64,000 nt of DNA from a virus, in IMG/VR virus record IMGVR_UViG_3300042291_000957, positions 26,420 to 90,419 of that record; one strand, given 5' to 3'. Every line of letters begins with the position of its first letter. The first letter of the stretch is position 1. Positions 35,591 through 44,472 of this stretch are shown piece by piece. A program made the position numbers and the translations under genes. The notes beneath the pieces are model-generated. The model was not told the origin of the DNA. It did no database searches and worked only from the letters and a program-made list of their open reading frames with translations.

Positions 35591-38500
35591 TTAAATTTCA
35601 CCTGTGTTCTTGAGACGCAATGGTATGTAAATAAATTCAACGGCCTTGGTTGGCTCAATGGCAACATCTACATATAATTCATTACGATCAATTCTACTTG
35701 GTGTGTTGTTGGTTTCGTCGCATACTACTGCAAAGTCATAGATAGCTCTTAGACCCACTAGTTCCAGCAACAAACTTTCTACAGCTTGTTTGATCTCGTC
35801 ACGGGTGATAGAATCATTTGGCTCAAAGATATATGGGCGAGCTAGTTTTGTTAGTTGACTACGTAGATATACAACTAAACGAGCTACGTTAATACGATCC
35901 AGTGCTGATGCATTTCTTGCACGAGTCTTTTGACCATAAGCTACCAGTCCTGTGCCAACAAAGAACGGAATTGGATTAACCTTTAGATCATACAGTGTAT
36001 CTCTTTGACCGTTGTTTAAAGCAACGCTTTGGAATTCACCGGTCAACGAATCAATGTATCCCACTGCTGTGGCATTAGTAATACCACCACGGCGTGTACC
36101 TGCTGGGGCAAACCAAGGAAAGCTCACTTGGTCGCTTAGAGCAATAGTTCTTAGCATCATGTGACTGGCTGGAACCACAGCATTTGCGCCTGTAAGATCA
36201 GTGGTAAATCCATTTGGATAGTAAACCGCTGCATATTCGTCATAGGTAACAATACCATTGTCTCCGTTGTCCAGTGCTAGATTAGCATTGGTACCCCAGG
36301 TAGTTAGACTTGTTGCATCACTCTTTAGACGCAATGGTGTATCACCGACCACAAAAGCTGTGACCTTGCGATCCAGATTCAAGTTGATTAGATTGCTGAG
36401 TGCTTCTGGATATCCAGGGCAAGCAATTAGGTTGAAGTTTCTGCGTTCTTCATCACGAGCTTCTTCGCTGGTGTCAATGGCGCTCTTCAATGCAGCAACC
36501 ACAGCTGATCTCTGGGCCTTGCGACCAAAGCTGCCTGAACCATCTTCATTGTTAGGGCTAGCAGTGGTCCAACGATCTGGCCAGTATGCTTCCATACTTG
36601 GTGATCCTGATTGTCTTTCGTTGTCTGCTGTAGTATCAATATAACCATCGTTGTATTTCTTGACGTTTCCACCGCTTCTACGTAGGTTCCACAGCAACAT
36701 GCCTTTGGGATATAGATCTGGATCCGGTGCATCTGGATCTAAAAAGTTGTTGGTCAACAAGTCTTTGATTGATCCAGTAGGCGCAGCCGTAGTCGAGCCT
36801 CCAGTTGTACCTGCACGAGCATCTGCAAATAACACACCTTCTTCTGTGGTTTGATCGGTTTTGTCAACCAGAACCCATTTTAGTGCAAGTTTTGTGCCTG
36901 CGTCAGGATTGAATTTGTATATGCTTGGGAAATTTTCTAGATCTGCTGTGCTGATCCAAATATCACCGCTGACCAGCGCAGTGCCGTCAGTTTGTGTTTC
37001 AGGCATTGTTGCGGATACAAGTGGACCTTCTGGATCAGTGCCAGTGTATCCTGTGAAGTTTTGATAGCCCACCCAGGTTGTGCCATTGTGAATCATTAGA
37101 TCTACATCGCCAAAGGCAGGATTGTACCATAGTTGTCCGTCTGCTGGCTCTTCTAATGGAGCATCCGGAGTGGCAGCAAACACATCACCAACCAATGGAA
37201 TCCATAAGGAAGCCAAATAACCTTCTTGTGCTCCTGTGGCCAAGCCACCTGACAATGCGTAGAAATTACTGGTGCCAGCACCTGTTTCTAGGTTGTAGGC
37301 TGTAAACAATGTACTAACAGCAGTACCTGTGACATCAGTTAGTCTGATGTCGCCACCGGTCTTGTGTGTGATCACTAATTCGTTGCTGGTAGTAACACTA
37401 GCAACTACGTTGTTTGTGATAGCATCGCCAGCTGAATCAGTGTAACTAGCAGCGTTAATTAATCCTGCGATTGTAAACGCATCGTCTGCTGTGCCTGCTG
37501 CTGTGAATGTAAATGAAGCTGCTGTGCTCAGTGCAGTATCTCCAACAATCGACTGTTTGATTGTGAAGGTTCTTGCTACTGCACTCAGTGTGCCTGTGGT
37601 AATAATTTTAGATTTGATTGCAGTTGTGCCGCTGGCTGCTCTTTTAAATATTCTAAAAGTAGTAGTGGCCAATGTTTCATCTGGTGCGTCAAAACCATTT
37701 ACTGCTCCAGTAGTAGCAGAATATGATCCTGCGTGTTCACTAGCATTTGTTTGCACAAATAATGCATCCTTAGGAAGATTTGCGCCACCACCGGATTTAT
37801 CTAAAAAGTACAAGGCAGAGTGCGGAGTTGCGTACAAAGGTGCTTCATTGGCTACCCAAGAATCAGTACTTTGATTGTAGCGTTTTACTCTCCAACGAGA
37901 TCCATTGTTTGGTTCGGTGGTTTTAAGCCATACAGAACCTGTAGGACGAGCATTTACAGTAGATCCAAAATCTGATCTCTTAAACAGTGGGATGCTGGTG
38001 TGTGGTTGTTGGGCCAAAGCTGGGCACATGTATGTACCAGCAGCAATGTTTAATAGGCCAGCGCCGACGCCTAGTGTAGTTCCACTGAGTACAATGCCAC
38101 CAGTTCCACCACCAATTGCTGTAGAGTCACCGCCTGTAGCAGTAGAAGTACCATCACTGTATAGATATAATCTGTTGTTGCTGGCAACGGCTGTAATACC
38201 GCTGCCATTCATCTTTGTATTGATGTCTGAAACACAAGAAGCTAGACTAACACCCGGTGTAATAGAAACATCGTTGATAACCAATGTGCCTGATAATGCA
38301 CCTACCGCTGCTGAACTAAATGCTGTAGGGTGACTAGAAGTCCATTCAGGACTACCAACTAGTACCCAAGTACCAGCTGTGATACCAGCTGTGGCATTGC
38401 CTGCACTCTTGTAGTATATTCTTACCAGTTCATCGTCAGCTAAAAATGTTCCATCGCCTGCGGCTGTTTGAAACACCACAGCATAATCACCGATTGTGCC

Positions 38501-39058
38501 TACTGATGTTTTAGGAGCATTACTGTTGATATTGTCAAGATCAGCATCTGTGAGTACCAAAGGAGTTTTAGCAGTAAATTTTTGACCGCTGTCGGCTAAT
38601 GCTAAACCGTTCCATTCGTTGATACCCCAAGTGGTGGTTTGTGTGTCTACCCACCACTTGCCATCAGCTGGATCCGCTCCCGGTGCATCTGTTTGACCTT
38701 CTAGTTCATTTAGGTTAATGTCTGCACGTAGGATGAATGCAGAATTTGAAACGCCCAACAAGCTGTAAGCAGCTAGTAGACCGTATTCGTTTCTTTCGCC
38801 ACCGTGTATAGGACTAGCCGATACTGTCTTTTCAAAGAACGGTGAACCAAATGTGTCAACAAGTTCTCGTTGACTGGTCATTTTGAATACTTTGCCTGCA
38901 TTGGCTGCAGTGGTACCTGAAGCTGTGCCTGTGCCAGCTCCGTTTATTTTGTTTTCAGCAGTGGCTACAACAATTAACGGAACCGTACCTGGTTCAGCTG
39001 GAGTATAAAAACTCTCGTCAATTACTTGTACTTCTACGCCTGGTGATGTTAGTGCCAT
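35591..39058 (-). CDS. Tail sheath protein (gp18-like) with large insertion domains
   Basis: SPGVEVQVIDES N-terminus; PWFAPAG.RRG, LY...VNPI, GQKT, ALDRINVARL, FEPND, CDETNNTP..IDRNEL and P.KAVEFIYIP motifs. Confidence 0.95.
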   Translation of the reverse strand: MALTSPGVEVQVIDESFYTPAEPGTVPLIVVATAENKINGAGTGTASGTTAANAGKVFKMTSQRELVDTFGSPFFEKTVSASPIHGGERNEYGLLAAYSLLGVSNSAFILRADINLNELEGQTDAPGADPADGKWWVDTQTTTWGINEWNGLALADSGQKFTAKTPLVLTDADLDNINSNAPKTSVGTIGDYAVVFQTAAGDGTFLADDELVRIYYKSAGNATAGITAGTWVLVGSPEWTSSHPTAFSSAAVGALSGTLVINDVSITPGVSLASCVSDINTKMNGSGITAVASNNRLYLYSDGTSTATGGDSTAIGGGTGGIVLSGTTLGVGAGLLNIAAGTYMCPALAQQPHTSIPLFKRSDFGSTVNARPTGSVWLKTTEPNNGSRWRVKRYNQSTDSWVANEAPLYATPHSALYFLDKSGGGANLPKDALFVQTNASEHAGSYSATTGAVNGFDAPDETLATTTFRIFKRAASGTTAIKSKIITTGTLSAVARTFTIKQSIVGDTALSTAASFTFTAAGTADDAFTIAGLINAASYTDSAGDAITNNVVASVTTSNELVITHKTGGDIRLTDVTGTAVSTLFTAYNLETGAGTSNFYALSGGLATGAQEGYLASLWIPLVGDVFAATPDAPLEEPADGQLWYNPAFGDVDLMIHNGTTWVGYQNFTGYTGTDPEGPLVSATMPETQTDGTALVSGDIWISTADLENFPSIYKFNPDAGTKLALKWVLVDKTDQTTEEGVLFADARAGTTGGSTTAAPTGSIKDLLTNNFLDPDAPDPDLYPKGMLLWNLRRSGGNVKKYNDGYIDTTADNERQSGSPSMEAYWPDRWTTASPNNEDGSGSFGRKAQRSAVVAALKSAIDTSEEARDEERRNFNLIACPGYPEALSNLINLNLDRKVTAFVVGDTPLRLKSDATSLTTWGTNANLALDNGDNGIVTYDEYAAVYYPNGFTTDLTGANAVVPASHMMLRTIALSDQVSFPWFAPAGTRRGGITNATAVGYIDSLTGEFQSVALNNGQRDTLYDLKVNPIPFFVGTGLVAYGQKTRARNASALDRINVARLVVYLRSQLTKLARPYIFEPNDSITRDEIKQAVESLLLELVGLRAIYDFAVVCDETNNTPSRIDRNELYVDVAIEPTKAVEFIYIPLRLKNTGEI

Positions 39059-39166
39059 TCGACTGTCTCCTAGGGTTAAATCAATGTACTATTATTTAGC
39101 GGCATCATTAAAAAACACCAGGATATACAATATGGAAAAAGGGGCTGAAAAGGTGTAAATATGTTT

Positions 39167-39502
39167 ATGAGACCTCTTTGCAAGTGCGGACAACGACCCC
39201 GTGCCGTTAACTATAAAAAAAACGACAAGATCTATTATAGATCATTGTGCGAAATCTGCATGGCCAACGGTCTAGGCTTTGGCATTCCTAGATGGCATCG
39301 ATCCGGGTATCGAATAAAAAATCAATGTGACAAATGTGGGTTTCGATCAGCCCACAAAGAAGTTTTTAGAGTATTTCACATAGACGGCAATCTAGATCAC
39401 TGTCGTCACAGCAATTTAAAAACTGTATGTTCGAACTGTGCTCAAATACTAGGCAAAGAAGGAATCACTTGGCGACAGGGCGATCTTGTCGCTGACTACT
39501 AG
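39167..39502 (+). CDS. Small Zn-binding HNH-like protein
   Basis: CKCG, C..C, CDKCGF and HIDGN......NL.TVCSNC motifs. ATG 39167 lies 5 nt after TAAATA (track start 39161). Confidence 0.7.
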   Translation: MRPLCKCGQRPRAVNYKKNDKIYYRSLCEICMANGLGFGIPRWHRSGYRIKNQCDKCGFRSAHKEVFRVFHIDGNLDHCRHSNLKTVCSNCAQILGKEGITWRQGDLVADY

Positions 39503-40105
39503 ACTGGCTGATTGTCTATAAAGATCATCAATAGAACCGTTGTTATCAATGACTATATCAAAGTCACTGCCTAACCAAGCCCACTCGCTGGCGTGTATCT
39601 TGCGCATTTTCATTGCGTTCAATCCCACGTTGTTGCCTTGATTTGCACTGACTGCATCTGCATACCAGTCGGGTAGTGTGCCTCTTTGTACCCAAACAAT
39701 ACTGCCGCCTGCACGTTTTAGAGATTCAATTTCATTAGGAAATCTGCAATCTGAAATAACAATGTTATCTCGACTGTTGCGCAGTTTGTTTTCTAGGCTG
39801 GCAATCCATATATCATCGTGAAATGCCTTACGACAAACTTCAGTACCCCAATATTGCAACACCCATCTTGGAGTCAATGTAGGCATATCAAGTCTTGCGG
39901 CCCACCATGGATCTACTTGTTCTCGCCATTCACGGGCTTCTTTTGTACGCCCTTCAAGCATGGTTCTATCCCAACCGAATACTGATGCCACTGCATCTTT
40001 TAGTGTTGATGCAAAGCTCTCTCGTCTAAATTCGTGAAAGTTTTGTAAGTAATCTGCAACGGTATCCTTACCGCTGCCTATAAATCCGCATACACCTATA
40101 ATCAT
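39449..40105 (-). CDS. Deoxynucleoside monophosphate kinase (T4 gp1-like)
   Basis: IIGVCGFIGSGKDT, FA..LKD, TPRWVLQ..GTE..R, ISDCRFPNE and H.SE motifs. Confidence 0.92.
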   Translation of the reverse strand: MIIGVCGFIGSGKDTVADYLQNFHEFRRESFASTLKDAVASVFGWDRTMLEGRTKEAREWREQVDPWWAARLDMPTLTPRWVLQYWGTEVCRKAFHDDIWIASLENKLRNSRDNIVISDCRFPNEIESLKRAGGSIVWVQRGTLPDWYADAVSANQGNNVGLNAMKMRKIHASEWAWLGSDFDIVIDNNGSIDDLYRQSASLVVSDKIALSPSDSFFA

Positions 40106-40154
40106 AATATTCTCCAACTGTATAAAGTATACAGGAGAATATTGCTGCGGTCAA
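40106..40154 (-). promoter_or_regulatory. Sigma70 promoter TTGACC-N17-TATACT overlapping an RBS-sequestering hairpin
   Basis: -35 at 40149-40154, -10 at 40126-40131; inverted repeat AATATTCTCC/GGAGAATATT spanning 40106-40143. Confidence 0.75.
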
Positions 40155-40909
40155 CCTATAATAAAAGTATATCCTTGACCACCTGGTACTAATTTCATCA
40201 AATCGTCTGTTAGTTTTTCAATTTCAGCTGTGGCTTCTGCTTTCATTGCTGCCCCGTTTAGACTGCTTCCACCCTGAGGTCCAGCAATTTGAGCAAACTT
40301 TTCACGGGCTTGACCCAGCATCATCTTACAGTTGGCCAAACTATAGTCTTTGATCCATTGTCCTGCATAGGTATCGTCGATAATAGCAAAATCTGGTTTG
40401 GTATTATAGACCCATAACATTACTTCTTCATCGCCTCGAGGACGTTGTTGGATCATTATCTTGCGACTTTGTGGTTGCCAGGTAAAATTAATAAAAGATC
40501 CAAACATCTTGCCTACTAATTCTTGATAACCGCTGAATAATTCATAGGTTAGTAGGCCGCCCATATTCGTTGAACTTAGCAAATAGGTGTTGGTATAGGC
40601 CATGTTGAACGGCTCAAATACTGTGCCGCCTGTGCCGTTGCCACTTCTTGACCCAACTGATCTGCGAAATATCTGTCGCACTTGTTGTACTTCTTTGGGC
40701 AAAATATATTCTTGCTGATTTTCTCTCAGCGTTAAAAACGCATAACTTTCTTCAACGGCATTATCTGAACGTTGTCGAAACACGCCTAATGCTCTATTAA
40801 GTGCAGTTTCGTAGTGTACGGGATCTAGCTCTACGTCAATCATGCCGTCGCCTAGCATGGCTTTGCAGTAACTAAAAACTTCTTGCTTGGATTGGTCTAT
40901 TTGGCTCAT
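40151..40909 (-). CDS. Neck protein (gp13-like)
   Basis: LG...IDVELD, WIKDY.LA..K..LG..R.KF...GP.GG..LNG motifs; ATG 40909. Confidence 0.85.
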   Translation of the reverse strand: MSQIDQSKQEVFSYCKAMLGDGMIDVELDPVHYETALNRALGVFRQRSDNAVEESYAFLTLRENQQEYILPKEVQQVRQIFRRSVGSRSGNGTGGTVFEPFNMAYTNTYLLSSTNMGGLLTYELFSGYQELVGKMFGSFINFTWQPQSRKIMIQQRPRGDEEVMLWVYNTKPDFAIIDDTYAGQWIKDYSLANCKMMLGQAREKFAQIAGPQGGSSLNGAAMKAEATAEIEKLTDDLMKLVPGGQGYTFIIG

Positions 40910-40942
40910 ACAACTATTTATCGTAGCGGTAAATATATGACT

Positions 40943-42334
40943 ATGCCAAGACTGAGCCTTTACCGCCCTGAAAAGGGCAATGATTATAAATTTATAGATA
41001 AAAATATCTGGGAAATGTTCCAGGTTGGTGGTACTGATGTGTTTATACATCGATATCTAGGTCCCGGATCTACTGGGAATACTGCCTCCCCTACACAACC
41101 CGTATATAATACCAGCGATCCTACACAGATCCAAGACCTGCTGTTTTTAGAAAATAGAGATCGCAAGTATGATCCTGATATCTATGTCATGCGAGGAGTA
41201 TACAGTCTTCAAGATCTAGATTTTAATCTCAGCCAATTTGGATTATTCTTACAAAACGATACTGTTTTTATTACATTTCACATCAACGATACTATTGAAA
41301 AACTAGGTCGTAAATTGATCAGTGGGGATGTCATTGAACTGCCACATCTCAAAGACGATCATGCTCTCAATGATCTTCAATTTGCTCTTAAAAGATTCTA
41401 TGTGATTGAAGAAGTAAACCGAGCTGCGGAAGGATTCTCAGTTACTTGGTACCCGCATCTATATCGTGCCAAATGTAAACCATTAGTTGATAGTCAAGAA
41501 TTCAAAGAAATACTAGATCAGGTTGCTAACAAAGATGCAATGGTTGGCACCTACAACTCTGCTGTAACCTATTATCCAGGTGATGTTGTTACTGGGTTGG
41601 ATGGAAAAAATTACACGGTGCTACAAGAAGTCACAGGAGTTGCACCTCCTAACGCTACCTATTATGAACTAGCCGACAGCTTACGAAACATAATGAGCAC
41701 CTACGAAAAAGAAATGCAGATCACCCAGGCAGTTCTTGATCAAGCTGAAACAGATGCTCCAAGGAGCGGTTCGGACACCACGCAGTTTTACACGCTGACC
41801 GTGGACGAAGATAAATTACCGGTACTGGTCAGCGCAGATAACAGCCTATTAGATGCTAGCTTAGAAACTCAGGCCACTGATGAAGCAGGCAATCTCTTGT
41901 TTAATACTGACGGTACTCCTGTATATGTAGGATCCACTGCTGCTACCGCTTTACTATCATCAGAAGTATCTGGGTATAACGGATACCTTGTTGGCGATGG
42001 TGTTCCACCAAACGGTGCGCCATTCACAGCTGGCATAGCCTTTCCTCTAGCTCCTGCAGATGGTCAATTCTGTCTACGTAAAGATTATTTCCCTTATAGA
42101 TTGTTTAGATACAACGGATCAAGATGGGTCAAAGTCGAAGACAAGGTACGAATGACCATGAATAACCTAGGACCAAGTGATGTTGGGGTTGGTGATCAAT
42201 TTGAAGGCAAGGATGTTCGCCAGACACAAAAAGCTGGATTTATCAACAATACAAATACAGACATAATAAATGGCAACACTGTGAAAGAAAGACAGAGTCT
42301 CAGCAAGGCTCTCAGACCAGAGGCAGATGAATAA
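40943..42334 (+). CDS. Neck protein (gp14-like) with C-terminal extension
   Basis: DLLFLENRDRKY, LSQFGLFL..D and GDVIELPHL motifs; lies between gp13 and gp15. Confidence 0.7.
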   Translation: MPRLSLYRPEKGNDYKFIDKNIWEMFQVGGTDVFIHRYLGPGSTGNTASPTQPVYNTSDPTQIQDLLFLENRDRKYDPDIYVMRGVYSLQDLDFNLSQFGLFLQNDTVFITFHINDTIEKLGRKLISGDVIELPHLKDDHALNDLQFALKRFYVIEEVNRAAEGFSVTWYPHLYRAKCKPLVDSQEFKEILDQVANKDAMVGTYNSAVTYYPGDVVTGLDGKNYTVLQEVTGVAPPNATYYELADSLRNIMSTYEKEMQITQAVLDQAETDAPRSGSDTTQFYTLTVDEDKLPVLVSADNSLLDASLETQATDEAGNLLFNTDGTPVYVGSTAATALLSSEVSGYNGYLVGDGVPPNGAPFTAGIAFPLAPADGQFCLRKDYFPYRLFRYNGSRWVKVEDKVRMTMNNLGPSDVGVGDQFEGKDVRQTQKAGFINNTNTDIINGNTVKERQSLSKALRPEADE

Positions 42335-43812
42335 TGGATTATTTTTACGATGCGCAAGTAAGACGATATGTTACACAGTTTATGAGAATCTTTATAGGAT
42401 TCAAATATAAAACTGGAGGTGATGTTCCCGAAGAGAGACACGTGCCTGTGTTGTACGGTGATATGACCAGACAGGTTGCCAGCATGATCAAAGACAACAG
42501 TGAAAACAAACTGTCAACAGTGCCTAGAATAGCCTGTTACATCAGCGGCCTCGAGTTAGATAATTCTAGACTTAGTGACTACAGTTTTGTTAGTAAACTA
42601 TCTGTAAGAGAACGGCAGTATACTACCAATCAAGCAGGTGAAAGAGAATACGGTGGAGTACAAGGCGGTGGGTATACTGTGGAAAGACTCATGCCTACAC
42701 CGTTCAAACTGTCTATGAAAGCAGAAATCTGGACTTCTAACACAGATCAAAAACTTCAGTTGCTGGAACAGATTCTGGTGTTGTTTAATCCCAGTCTTGA
42801 AATTCAAACCACAGACAATTACGTTGACTGGACCAGTATTAGTGTAGTAGATCTTAGTAGCATTAATTTTAGTTCTAGAACTATTCCGCAAGGAACAGAA
42901 AGTGACATTGATGTTTGTACTCTAGATTTTCAAACTCCTATTTGGATCAGTCCGCCTGCCAAGGTTAAGAAAATGGGCATTATTAAAAACATCATCATGA
43001 ATGTATTTGGGGAATCAGGCCAATTGTTAGGTCTAGAAGATCTCATATTCAATGGTGATGGTGCAACTACTCAGGTACAAAACACTGTGGATCGATTTGG
43101 GGTATTACTAATACTAAACAAGGCCACAGGGTTCTATGATCTCACTGTGCTGAATGTCTATGAAGCAGTATTGTCGTTGGGCCTGGATGAGACTCCTTAC
43201 AAAGGCAATCAACAAAGACTAGATTGGTATAAGATACTAGAGATTCACGGTGGATATACAGGTACTAGTAGAATACATTTTACACAACCTAGTGGCTACG
43301 AAGTCACTGGCACATTTACCGTAAATGAAATTGACCCTACATACCTAGTAATTGATCTTGATATGGACACAGTCCCTAGCAATACAATATTACCTGTAAC
43401 TGCTATCGTTGATCCCTACAAGTTTAGCCCAATTGAAAAATTTGGAAGTATTGCTGCGATTCCTGTAGGCACAAGATATCTAGTACTAGACGATGTCAAC
43501 AACAGTGCAAATGTTGGACAGACTGTGGAAAATTCAGGATGGAACAACTTTGATTCCGGCTCAACTGCCTATGACGGACCAGATGCTTGGAAAGATCTCA
43601 TAGGCAACGATACTGTGATCAAGGCTAATTCTATAATTGAATGGACTGGTACTGTATGGCAGGAAACGTTTGACCCTAGTATAGTGACAATTATTCAATA
43701 TTTCACTAACTTGACCACAGGTGTACAATACAAGTGGGATGGCACACAATGGTTGAGATCTTTCGAAGGTGAATACGCTGCCGGATATTGGAGATTTGAT
43801 CTAGATGCTTGA
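42334..43812 (+). CDS. Tail terminator / sheath stabiliser (gp15-like) with C-terminal extension
   Basis: YFYD.Q.RRY..QF..IF, VPV.YG, PRI, P.PF.L and Q.LQLLEQIL..FNP motifs. Confidence 0.82.
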   Translation: MDYFYDAQVRRYVTQFMRIFIGFKYKTGGDVPEERHVPVLYGDMTRQVASMIKDNSENKLSTVPRIACYISGLELDNSRLSDYSFVSKLSVRERQYTTNQAGEREYGGVQGGGYTVERLMPTPFKLSMKAEIWTSNTDQKLQLLEQILVLFNPSLEIQTTDNYVDWTSISVVDLSSINFSSRTIPQGTESDIDVCTLDFQTPIWISPPAKVKKMGIIKNIIMNVFGESGQLLGLEDLIFNGDGATTQVQNTVDRFGVLLILNKATGFYDLTVLNVYEAVLSLGLDETPYKGNQQRLDWYKILEIHGGYTGTSRIHFTQPSGYEVTGTFTVNEIDPTYLVIDLDMDTVPSNTILPVTAIVDPYKFSPIEKFGSIAAIPVGTRYLVLDDVNNSANVGQTVENSGWNNFDSGSTAYDGPDAWKDLIGNDTVIKANSIIEWTGTVWQETFDPSIVTIIQYFTNLTTGVQYKWDGTQWLRSFEGEYAAGYWRFDLDA

Positions 43813-43823
43813 TAAGTATCTAG

Positions 43824-44222
43824 ATGCAACAACGTGCCGGCTTATTGTTTCTAAGTAAAAACACCAAGAGAATTCTTCTTATTTTAGAAGATGCCAAATG
43901 GACTGTGCCTACTTTTGTGAGAAACAGCAGTCTATTAGAAGATGCCGAACCGTTGTTAAATAATTTCTCAGTGGGTAAAATTTTACCCATAGAATTGTAT
44001 CTCAGTGAGGACCGTGGATTTGAATATGGAACATATATCTGTCTAGTTGATGATGAATTTCTTACAACATCAGCTGCTACTATATGTTGGGCTGCATTGA
44101 ATCACTTGCCCAAACAATTGCATACCGGTTTAAAAAACACATTGAGCAATACCATAATTCGTACAAAAATTGAAACTATATTGGAGTTAGAAAATGTCAA
44201 GCATACTGCAAAAATCTACTAG
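43824..44222 (+). CDS. Nudix-fold-like protein lacking the Nudix box
   Basis: AGLLFL....RILL....W..P and W.....LP..LH.GL flank the position where GX5EX7REUXEEXG is expected but absent. Confidence 0.5.
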   Translation: MQQRAGLLFLSKNTKRILLILEDAKWTVPTFVRNSSLLEDAEPLLNNFSVGKILPIELYLSEDRGFEYGTYICLVDDEFLTTSAATICWAALNHLPKQLHTGLKNTLSNTIIRTKIETILELENVKHTAKIY

Positions 44223-44472
44223 ATTTATCAAAGACTGTGAAAGATATGAATCAGTAATAGCCACAATGCCAGCGGGCGATGTAAAAAATGAAACTGTTCA
44301 ATTGTTACAAAAATTAACCTATAGCATTAAAAAACTTGATAACATGCATCTAGAAATGATATACTCTAGACAGTTGCCAACTATGGGCAACGAAATGAAA
44401 GACGAAATATCAGATTTGCGAAAAAAATTAGAAACTAGAATTAGAGACTGGTCGCAAGCACAGAAAAATTAA
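44194..44472 (+). CDS. Hypothetical helical protein (92 aa)
   Basis: GGAG RBS; overlaps the upstream ORF. Confidence 0.6.
   Translation: MSSILQKSTRFIKDCERYESVIATMPAGDVKNETVQLLQKLTYSIKKLDNMHLEMIYSRQLPTMGNEMKDEISDLRKKLETRIRDWSQAQKN

Noticed and set aside
39167-39502. Mobile homing endonuclease or group I intron
   Set aside because: Free-standing ~110-aa ORF; the neighbouring sheath and kinase genes are uninterrupted and no intron structure is evident.
40151-41050. Long N-terminal extensions given by the ORF track (41050, 40883, 25323, 16449, 5451, 2825, 632)
   Set aside because: They overlap neighbouring genes; downstream starts fit the promoter/RBS positions and the family N-termini better.
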